64,000 bases of DNA from a virus. Its lineage: Duplodnaviria > Caudoviricetes. The translations under genes were made by a program, and so were the position numbers. The stretch is taken from positions 993 through 64,992 of IMG/VR virus record IMGVR_UViG_3300048917_000432; one strand, 5' to 3'. The notes below the pieces were generated by a model. The model saw only the letters and a program-made list of their open reading frames with translations, had not been told where the DNA came from and made no database searches. Below, one piece after another: positions 9,090-15,797 of the stretch (positions are counted from its first letter, which is position 1; each line of letters starts with the position of its first letter).

Positions 9090-9124
9090 GGTGCTCATCC
9101 CTTTCAGGGAATCGATACAACGGA

Positions 9125-9152
9125 GGCCCCGCCACGGGATTGTGACGGGGCC
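9125..9152 (-). promoter_or_regulatory. Leader hairpin with AAUCCC loop
   Basis: 11-bp stem with one U-G wobble on the minus strand. Confidence 0.7.
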
Positions 9153-9172
9153 GTACTGCGGGTGGTGCAGGG

Positions 9173-9643
9173 TCAGACGGTCACGCGGTGCTTGCCACCG
9201 GCGCGGTGCTTGCCGGCGGCGGCCTTCTCGGCGGCCTTGGCCTCTTTCACGGCGGCCTTGGCCGCTTTCATTTCCTCCTGGACGGCGTCGCGGTGCGCCT
9301 CGTAGGAAGCCACGATCTTGAACTCGAGGTCGGCGATCCGGAACCCGAGGCTCGGGTAGCCGAGCTCGGCCTCGACCTGGGCGCCGATCCCCGGGAGGAA
9401 ACAGCCGAACTTGCGCAGGTTGGCGATCTCACACTCGACCTCATCGAGCAGGTGCCCCGCTGCCTGCATCTGCTCCTCGACCACGGCGAGGGTGACCAGG
9501 CTGACCAGCTTGGCCTGGTAGCCGGTCAGGGTCTTCAGTGCCGCCTTGATTGATGCCGGCCGTACCGAGGTGAACAGCTCTTGGCGGGCTGCCACGAACC
9601 CGGTCTGGGCAGCGGCGGCAATGCGGTTGACGATGGTGAACAT
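9173..9643 (-). CDS. Hypothetical helical protein with basic C-tail
   Basis: RBS GAAAGGA; ends AAGKHRAGGKHRVTV. Confidence 0.7.
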   Translation of the reverse strand: MFTIVNRIAAAAQTGFVAARQELFTSVRPASIKAALKTLTGYQAKLVSLVTLAVVEEQMQAAGHLLDEVECEIANLRKFGCFLPGIGAQVEAELGYPSLGFRIADLEFKIVASYEAHRDAVQEEMKAAKAAVKEAKAAEKAAAGKHRAGGKHRVTV

Positions 9644-9674
9644 GGGGTGTCCTTTCAGGACTGGGTACGACGAA

Positions 9675-9702
9675 GGCCCCGGCGCGGGATTGCGCCGGGG
9701 CC
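9675..9702 (-). promoter_or_regulatory. Leader hairpin with AAUCCC loop
   Basis: Perfect 11-bp stem ggccccggcgc/gcgccggggcc. Confidence 0.7.
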
Positions 9703-9714
9703 GTACTGCTGGTG

Positions 9715-9900
9715 CTACTTGGTGCGTGACAGGCGCAGGGCCTCGGCCCGCTCCTGCTCATTGAGGTGAGGCAGGTGGATCTTCGCCAGGTCCACCAGGG
9801 CGCAGTTCCGGCCGCGCCGGACCGCGCTCTGGGGGCGCTGGTTGTTGTCGTCGATCGAGCGGTAGATCGCGACGAGCTCGGTCAGGTGCGCGTTCACCAC
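9715..9900 (-). CDS. Hypothetical protein
   Basis: GTG start overlapping upstream gene end. Confidence 0.55.
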   Translation of the reverse strand: MVNAHLTELVAIYRSIDDNNQRPQSAVRRGRNCALVDLAKIHLPHLNEQERAEALRLSRTK

Positions 9901-10181
9901 GCGTACCGCTCACCGAGCTTCGGGGCGACGGTGTGTCGCACCGAGGACTGGTTGCACTTGAGCATGCGGTACTGCCCCAGGCGGTGCAGGGTGACGGTGT
10001 TGGTCTCGTCATCGACGGACCGGACCACCCAGTGGCCGTGGTCGGCCACCTTGCTGCCCGAGTACTCGACGTCGTCCCCGACCTCGAAGGCCTGGACGAT
10101 CTGCCCACCCTCGTACTGGGTGGTGATCACTTCGGCCAGGGCCTCGAAGAAAGTTCCGATGCCAGCCCACTTTGAAGCCAT
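9894..10181 (-). CDS. Hypothetical SH3-like protein, first gene of left operon
   Basis: FEVGDDVEYSG..HWVVRSVD; RBS GAGGGGGAG. Confidence 0.65.
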   Translation of the reverse strand: MASKWAGIGTFFEALAEVITTQYEGGQIVQAFEVGDDVEYSGSKVADHGHWVVRSVDDETNTVTLHRLGQYRMLKCNQSSVRHTVAPKLGERYAW

Positions 10182-10202
10182 GTCGCTCCCCCTCTGGGTA
10201 CG

Positions 10203-10235
10203 AAAAAAGCCCCGCCGCGGGATTGCGGAGGGGCT
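10203..10235 (-). promoter_or_regulatory. Leader hairpin with AAUCCC loop plus U6 (attenuator-like)
   Basis: Stem with one mismatch, between promoter at 10321-10349 and first gene. Confidence 0.65.
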
Positions 10236-10320
10236 GGGCGTTACCGGTGCAGTACTCGAAAGCGGGGCGGAGGTGTCAGATCCGGCCTGTTTTTGGGTAT
10301 GCAGCGGCGAACATGGCTCT

Positions 10321-10349
10321 ATTCTAGGTCATAAGTGCCTTCAACGCAA
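10321..10349 (-). promoter_or_regulatory. sigmaA-type promoter of leftward operon
   Basis: TTGCGT-N17-TAGAAT on minus strand. Confidence 0.7.
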
Positions 10350-10360
10350 GTGCCTTCAAC
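10333..10360 (+). repeat. 13-bp direct repeat overlapping the promoter (operator-like)
   Basis: aagtgccttcaac at 10333-10345 and 10348-10360. Confidence 0.75.
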
Positions 10361-10392
10361 ACGACACGTGTTGTGGCAGAAAGAGAGTGGTC

Positions 10393-10923
10393 ATGGAGCA
10401 CGCCCCGCGGGATTACGCCGACTCCCCCATCGTGCAGTACGTGCGGTCGCTACCCCAGGAATTCCTGCTGGCCCGGGAGGTGGCCATGGAGCTGAATGTC
10501 GCGCTGACCCTGCTCAACTACCTGGCCCGCGACCCCGAGCGCGGGCTCGGGCCCACCCACCAGGCCGCGTACGGCAGCCTGACCCTGCGGCTGTACACGC
10601 CGGAGCGGCTGGAGAAGATCCGGGCGCACCTGACCGCGCAAGGCGACACCGGCGGCAAGCCGCGCCTGTTCACCCCGATAGAACAGCTGAACCGCCGGCG
10701 CGAGGCCCAGCGGATCCGCAATCACATCAACGCGGCCAAGGCGTACCGGGCCGAGGGCAAGCTGGACAAGGCGGCCAGGTCGCAGGCCACGGCGGACGAG
10801 CTGCAGGTCGAGTTCGACGAAGTGCGCAAGGCCCGCTGTGCCGAATTGGGCATTCGGGACAGGTACAAGCCACGCAAGTCTCGTCGCGCTCCGGAGGGCA
10901 GCGTGACTGCGGGGTTATCCTGA
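10393..10923 (+). CDS. HTH DNA-binding protein (MerR-like N-terminus)
   Basis: LAREVAMELNVALTLLNYL..LRLYTPERLEKIR; divergent from left operon. Confidence 0.6.
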   Translation: MEHAPRDYADSPIVQYVRSLPQEFLLAREVAMELNVALTLLNYLARDPERGLGPTHQAAYGSLTLRLYTPERLEKIRAHLTAQGDTGGKPRLFTPIEQLNRRREAQRIRNHINAAKAYRAEGKLDKAARSQATADELQVEFDEVRKARCAELGIRDRYKPRKSRRAPEGSVTAGLS

Positions 10924-10929
10924 CCCCTG

Positions 10930-11151
10930 ATGATCAGGGACGATGCGCTCCTGCGGAGCGTCGAGCGACTGTGCGACCTGGAGGTCGAGTACGACATGAC
11001 GATCCGGGTCCTCGGTGTGGTGGTCGAACAGCTGCAACAGCAGACCCGGGCCACCGAGGTTCGGGTCTCCTCCTTCGCCCTGGACAACCTGCCCGACCTG
11101 TCGGCCTGGCGCAACGAGGACGGCTCAGTGTCGTTGCGGGCCAGCAGGTAA
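10930..11151 (+). CDS. Hypothetical protein
   Basis: Compact ORF filling the gap. Confidence 0.6.
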   Translation: MIRDDALLRSVERLCDLEVEYDMTIRVLGVVVEQLQQQTRATEVRVSSFALDNLPDLSAWRNEDGSVSLRASR

Positions 11152-11155
11152 CGCC

Positions 11156-11698
11156 GTGTTGCACACCCTGACGGCGGACGAAGAGGCACTACTCCCCCGT
11201 CCGGTACCGCCGGGGACGATGCCCCCACCGCGCTGGTTCACCACCGTTCCCCTGCGGGTCTCGGCCGGCGTCGAGCTGGCGCCGGGGGTGTGGATCGTGC
11301 CCGACCCCCGGTGGCTGCCGGCCACCGCGGTCGACAACGCGGCCGAGCTGGGCGATCGATCCGATGCCGACGATCCCCCCGTGCGCTCGGTGCGCTACGC
11401 CCCGACCGGGTGGAAGCTGCGCGGCCTGTGCTCCAAGCTGCCGCTGGACCTGTCCGACCCGCTGTTCTTCGGCGCCGAGGGCAACGTGCCACCCGAGGGG
11501 CTGATCATCGCGGTCAACGCGGCCCGACGGGTGTGCGCGGCCTGCCCGGTAGCTCGCACCTGCCTGACCGACGCGCTGCTCACCGACCAGCGCTACGGGG
11601 TCCGCGCCGGCACGTCGGGCCGGGAGCGGAGCAAGATGCGGCTGCGCCTCGCGGCCGGCGCCACGGTGACCGAGTTGGTGGACGAATGCCTGGGCTGA
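11156..11698 (+). CDS. whiB: WhiB-family regulator with N-terminal extension
   Basis: W..RGLC..PLFF..ARRVCAACPVARTC..YGVRAGTSGRER; four Cys, GVWGG-like turn. Confidence 0.8.
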   Translation: MLHTLTADEEALLPRPVPPGTMPPPRWFTTVPLRVSAGVELAPGVWIVPDPRWLPATAVDNAAELGDRSDADDPPVRSVRYAPTGWKLRGLCSKLPLDLSDPLFFGAEGNVPPEGLIIAVNAARRVCAACPVARTCLTDALLTDQRYGVRAGTSGRERSKMRLRLAAGATVTELVDECLG

Positions 11699-12282
11699 GG
11701 GGCCGGCGCAAGCCGATAGCCGGCGGCCTGGTCGAGCTCGGCGCCGACGGGCAGCCGCTGGTGCCGCCGCCAGTGCCCACACCACCGGACAAGGCGGCGA
11801 TTCGCGCGGCCCAGGCCGAGCTGCGCAGCCCGATGGTCGGCGCGGCCGCGATCGAAGCTGCGTCGCCGGCGGCCGATGCTTTCGATCCGGCCTACGAGGC
11901 GCACATGCTGCGGGTCTCCGGCCTGCCCTGGGACGAGGTCGCCGGCGCCACTGGCTACGCCACGCCCGGCGCGGCCGCGCGTGCGGTCAGCTCGTATCTG
12001 TCCAAGGCCGCGGCGAACCAGAGCAGCCAGCACCTGCAGGAAGCGCTGCAGACCCAGGTCGACAGGTACGAGAAGGTGTTGGCCAGCTGGTGGACGCTGG
12101 GCACCACCGGCAAGGACGAGAAGGCGGCCGGCGTCGTGCTGCGGGCGCTGGAACGGCTGGACCGGCTGCTCAAGCTGACCGACGCGGACACCGTGGTCAC
12201 CCGGGAGACCCTGGTGATCTCGGCCGACCGCGACGAGTACATCGCGCAACTCAAGGCGCTGACCGACGGCGAGAAGAAGTAG
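11686..12282 (+). CDS. HTH protein resembling actinophage terminase small subunit
   Basis: LRVSGLPWDEVAGATGY..AAARAV..DEKAAGVVLRALERLDRLLKL. Confidence 0.55.
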   Translation: MPGLRGRRKPIAGGLVELGADGQPLVPPPVPTPPDKAAIRAAQAELRSPMVGAAAIEAASPAADAFDPAYEAHMLRVSGLPWDEVAGATGYATPGAAARAVSSYLSKAAANQSSQHLQEALQTQVDRYEKVLASWWTLGTTGKDEKAAGVVLRALERLDRLLKLTDADTVVTRETLVISADRDEYIAQLKALTDGEKK

Positions 12283-12296
12283 ACCCGTTTGGCCCA

Positions 12297-12325
12297 TTGA
12301 CGGAGTTTCGTCATACAGACATGCT
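12297..12325 (+). promoter_or_regulatory. sigmaA-type promoter for a probably leaderless gene, with palindromic operator
   Basis: TTGACG-N17-CATGCT, ATG 6 nt downstream; TGACG-N6-CGTCA palindrome over the -35. Confidence 0.55.
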
Positions 12326-12331
12326 CTCCCC

Positions 12332-12544
12332 ATGACCGATCCAGACCTGCTCAGCACGGCCGAGGCGGCCGAGCTGCTGGGCTGCTCCCCTCGCACCGTC
12401 CACCGGCGCATCCTGCGCGGTGACCTCCCGGTGGCTCGCCAACTACCCGGCGAGACCGGGGCATTCCTGTTGCGCCGCACCGATGTTGAACGTGCGCACC
12501 AGCTTCAGCTGGGGCGCGACCGGCGGTACACACTCGCCGTCTGA
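12332..12544 (+). CDS. Excisionase-like HTH DNA-binding protein
   Basis: LLSTAEAAELLGCSPRTVHRRILRGDLP..FLLRRTDVE. Confidence 0.8.
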   Translation: MTDPDLLSTAEAAELLGCSPRTVHRRILRGDLPVARQLPGETGAFLLRRTDVERAHQLQLGRDRRYTLAV

Positions 12545-12636
12545 CTACCGCCACGGCGGTCGTCCCCGACCCTCGCCCGCCGTGGCGGTTCCTAGCCGTA
12601 CCCAGGGGTTCTTTGGGACCCGGTCAGGACTACGTC

Positions 12637-12906
12637 ATGATCGCCGAGCAGATCAGGTCCGAAGCGACCGACCCCTATCGGCCACCGAACTTCTGGGCCG
12701 CGGGGCTGCTGTCACTACCGCTGTGGGGGTTGATCATCGGCGCGTTCTTCTCCGTCGCTCTGCGGGCGGTGCTGTTGGCCACGCTGGTGCTGGTGGTCGC
12801 AGTGGTCCTGCCCCGCAGGTGGCATCTGGTGAGTGACCTGCTGTACCTGGTAGCCCTCGGGATAGTGATCGCCGGTCTCGCACTGGAGTTCGGAGTGTGG
12901 GACTGA
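12637..12906 (+). CDS. Membrane protein (about 3 TM)
   Basis: Three hydrophobic segments. Confidence 0.65.
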   Translation: MIAEQIRSEATDPYRPPNFWAAGLLSLPLWGLIIGAFFSVALRAVLLATLVLVVAVVLPRRWHLVSDLLYLVALGIVIAGLALEFGVWD

Positions 12907-12962
12907 CCAGTGTCGTACCACCCTGCTAGACCTGTCATACCCCCCCCAAGGAAGGGAGCAAG

Positions 12963-13319
12963 ATGCCAGACAATCCAGAGCCGGACCTGATCCTGCGCGG
13001 ACTCGTGGAGGACTACCTCGACGCCGTGTCGGGGCTGGACAAGTACCGGACCATGAAGGACCAACTCGCCGACCAGATCCTCGCCCGGGCCAAGCCGGGA
13101 CAGAAGATCGAGGTGCAACCCGGTATCGGGGTGCGGGTCCAGGCGCCGGCGCGCCGGTTCGACGAGGCCAAGGCGCGAGAAGTGCTGTCCGCGGCCGAGT
13201 TCGACGCGATCTGCGTGGCCAAGGTGTCCAGCCAGGTGGCCAGCCAGGTCCTGCCCGGCGCACTGCTGGACCTGTGCAAGACGCCCGGCACCAAGGCCTC
13301 CGTGGTGGTGCTGGGATGA
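12963..13319 (+). CDS. Hypothetical protein (paralog of 7731..8108)
   Basis: RBS AGGAAGGGAG; FDEAKAR..DAIC. Confidence 0.7.
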   Translation: MPDNPEPDLILRGLVEDYLDAVSGLDKYRTMKDQLADQILARAKPGQKIEVQPGIGVRVQAPARRFDEAKAREVLSAAEFDAICVAKVSSQVASQVLPGALLDLCKTPGTKASVVVLG

Positions 13320-13648
13320 CGGCCGGGGTCCGGCCCGATCCGGCGATCGATCCCAAGCGCGGCACCGTGCACCTGTGGAGCCGCAATGCCGTGCTGCCCA
13401 CCCGGATCCAGGCCTGCCTACGCCGGGACACCCCGCTGAAGGTCCGGGACAACGGTTGGGCCGCTTCGAACGAACCGATGGACTACTACATCGTGAGCTC
13501 GCTGTCGGCCACGGTGGAGCGCGAAGCGGCCCGGCACAACGCCATTCCGGTCGTGCTCCCGGCGGCCACGGTGTGGCTGGCGGCCAAGCTCGATGAGATC
13601 ACCGCCGCGGGCAAGGATGTCTCGATCTGTGTTCGGAAGGCGCCGTGA
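13316..13648 (+). CDS. Hypothetical protein
   Basis: ATGA overlap. Confidence 0.55.
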   Translation: MTAGVRPDPAIDPKRGTVHLWSRNAVLPTRIQACLRRDTPLKVRDNGWAASNEPMDYYIVSSLSATVEREAARHNAIPVVLPAATVWLAAKLDEITAAGKDVSICVRKAP

Positions 13649-14001
13649 TGACCGCTATCGACTACCACGCGCAGCAGAAGAATCGGGCCGAGGAGTGGGG
13701 CCTTCGCCAGACCAGCGATAACGGGTGCCCACGCAAGCTGGTCGGCCTGCCACACCTGGACGAGCGGTGCTGGTGCACCTCACGCCTCAACGACCACAGC
13801 GCCACGTACATCACCCACAAGTACAACCGGCACGTCGTCATCTGGGAGCCCTACGGCATCTGGGCGAGCGACCTGGAACCGGTGCTCATCGCGGCCCGGA
13901 CGGACGGCCTGAAGGTGGAGATCCACGCCTTCAGTCCGTGGAACCCCGGCCACACCATCGCGCTCAGCTTCTACGTGCCAGCCGAACTGGAACCGTCATG
14001 A
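13645..14001 (+). CDS. Hypothetical protein
   Basis: GTGA overlap; C..C..DH..WEPY. Confidence 0.6.
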   Translation: MMTAIDYHAQQKNRAEEWGLRQTSDNGCPRKLVGLPHLDERCWCTSRLNDHSATYITHKYNRHVVIWEPYGIWASDLEPVLIAARTDGLKVEIHAFSPWNPGHTIALSFYVPAELEPS

Positions 14002-14168
14002 CATCGTTCGACGACCCGAGGGTTGAAGCGTTGGTTGAGGAATACGGCGTCAACACCGAGCACATCCTGTCCGTCATCGACGCGGCTGATGCGGCCGCCG
14101 GGGTGCGCCGCTGCTGGTGGGAAGAGTACGGCGAGGAATGGGTACCCGTCGGCGAGCCGCCGTCATGA
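13998..14168 (+). CDS. Small acidic hypothetical protein
   Basis: ATGA overlaps at both ends. Confidence 0.5.
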   Translation: MTSFDDPRVEALVEEYGVNTEHILSVIDAADAAAGVRRCWWEEYGEEWVPVGEPPS

Positions 14169-14965
14169 TCAACCAGGACGCATTGACCCTGGACGCCGGC
14201 GCGGAGTGCAACTGGCCGCAGGTGGTGTTCGAGGAGATCACCGACGAGCTGCGCATGGCGATCGAATCCGCACCGCGCACACTGCAACGGCGGATCGGCC
14301 CCAGCTCCATCGGCGACCCCTGTGCGCGCTCACTGATCGCGGACATGTTCAACCTGCCCGGCCCGCCCGAGCCGCCCAACCTGCGGGCCTGGGTCGGCAC
14401 CCAGATCCATGCCGGCATGGAAGTGATCATCAACAATTCGCCGGCGCAGCTGACCACCTCCGGTAACCGATACCTGTTGGAGCACACAGTCACCGTGGGC
14501 GAGATCGGCGGTGAAACCATCACCGGCTCGGTTGACTGTTTCGACGCTCTGAGCGGTACGGTCGTCGACTACAAGAGCAAGTCCAAGACCCGGATGCTCG
14601 ACCACCGTCGGCACGGTCCGGGCCAGCAGTACCGGGTGCAGGCCCAGCTGTACGGGCTCGGCATCGCCAATGCCGGTTATCACGTCAACCGGGTGATGTT
14701 CCTGTACATCCCGCGGGACGGCGAGTTCGCCGACATCTTCCACTGGGCCGAGCCTTTCGACCCACAGATCGGGCTGGATGCGCTCACCAGGGCCAACCAG
14801 CTGCACGCGTTGGCAACACTGCTCGGTCCGCAAGGTGCAATCGACCAGCTTCCGCACTGTGACGGCGAGTTCTGCAGGACCTGCAACAACTTTCGGCCCC
14901 CCTACGGACAGGGAGCACCCCGTCCCCTGTCCACCTCAACTGCGGATCTGTTCCGCACCAAGTAA
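14165..14965 (+). CDS. Cas4-like PD-(D/E)XK exonuclease
   Basis: IGPSSIGDPC..GTQIH..GSVDCFD..VVDYKS..QAQLYG..C-x4-C-x2-C (four Cys). Confidence 0.85.
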   Translation: MINQDALTLDAGAECNWPQVVFEEITDELRMAIESAPRTLQRRIGPSSIGDPCARSLIADMFNLPGPPEPPNLRAWVGTQIHAGMEVIINNSPAQLTTSGNRYLLEHTVTVGEIGGETITGSVDCFDALSGTVVDYKSKSKTRMLDHRRHGPGQQYRVQAQLYGLGIANAGYHVNRVMFLYIPRDGEFADIFHWAEPFDPQIGLDALTRANQLHALATLLGPQGAIDQLPHCDGEFCRTCNNFRPPYGQGAPRPLSTSTADLFRTK

Positions 14966-14976
14966 GGAGCACGTGC

Positions 14977-15729
14977 ATGGGCATCAAGGAAATGCTGGCT
15001 GCGAGTCAGGGAGCCCCGAGCTTCTTCAACGCAGACAGCCGGGTCGGTGACAGCATCACCGGCCAGATCACCGCGACGGCCGTTCGGCAGGCCACCGACT
15101 TCATGACCAAGGCCCCACTGACCTGGGACGACGGCAACCCGCGCGAGCAGATCGTCATCACGCTGGCCACCAACCTGCGTGGCGAGGGCCCCGACGACGA
15201 CGGCACCCGCTCCATCTACGTCAAGTGGTGGGGCAGCCAGCGGCAGGCACTGGTGGCCGCGATCAAGGAGTCCGGCGACGATGACATCCGGGTCGGCGGC
15301 ACCTTCAGCGCGACCTACGTGCGGGACGAACCGGCCACCGAGCGCGGGCTGTCGGCGACCAAGATCTACTCGTACCGCTACCAGAAGCCGTCCGCGACCT
15401 CCGGGCTGTTCGCCCAGGCCGAACCGGCTCCGACCCAGGTGGACCCGTGGCAGGCGTCCTCACCTGCGGATGACCCGTGGGGCGCGCAGCGCAACGGCAA
15501 CGGCAACGGTCACGCGGCCCCAGCTGCTGCACCGCTCCCACCGGCTGCCGCACCTCCGGCCCCGGCTGCTCCGGCTGCACCGGCTGCGATCGCACCGGAG
15601 GATGCCCAGGCCAAGATGGCCCAGGTGCGGGCGTTGATCGGGATGGGACTGCCTGACCAGCAGATCGCGGCGGCACTGGGTGTCGACCACAACGCAGTGG
15701 CAGCCATCCGGTCCATTCCTTCGGTCTGA
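14977..15729 (+). CDS. Single-stranded DNA-binding protein (actinophage type)
   Basis: GDSITGQI..WDDGNPREQIVITL..SIYVK..ATKIYSYRY; Pro/Ala tail; follows exonuclease. Confidence 0.65.
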   Translation: MGIKEMLAASQGAPSFFNADSRVGDSITGQITATAVRQATDFMTKAPLTWDDGNPREQIVITLATNLRGEGPDDDGTRSIYVKWWGSQRQALVAAIKESGDDDIRVGGTFSATYVRDEPATERGLSATKIYSYRYQKPSATSGLFAQAEPAPTQVDPWQASSPADDPWGAQRNGNGNGHAAPAAAPLPPAAAPPAPAAPAAPAAIAPEDAQAKMAQVRALIGMGLPDQQIAAALGVDHNAVAAIRSIPSV

Positions 15730-15733
15730 GTCA

Positions 15734-15773
15734 GGGGGCCGCGGCGGGTTCACCCGATCCGCCGCGGCCCTTT
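15734..15773 (+). terminator. Intrinsic terminator
   Basis: 12-bp stem gggccgcggcgg/ccgccgcggccc followed by TTT. Confidence 0.6.
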
Positions 15774-15797
15774 GCCGTCCCAGGCCCAGGAGGGTCC

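Noticed and set aside
2533-10235. Repeated hairpins as CRISPR repeats, or loop AUCCC pairing with the downstream RBS (pseudoknot)
   Set aside because: Irregular kilobase spacing with genes between them; complementary GGGAU occurs in the RBS region of only one of the five
9766-10392. N-terminal extension of the 385-aa ORF
   Set aside because: Overlaps minus-strand genes and the promoter region; ATG 10393 is the plausible start
12332-12544. Excisionase-like gene as proof of a temperate integration module
   Set aside because: No integrase or att site seen in the window; such HTH proteins also act as regulators
14165-14965. Cas4-like gene as evidence of a CRISPR-Cas locus
   Set aside because: No other cas genes or repeat-spacer array; next to SSB and primase, so a phage recombination exonuclease
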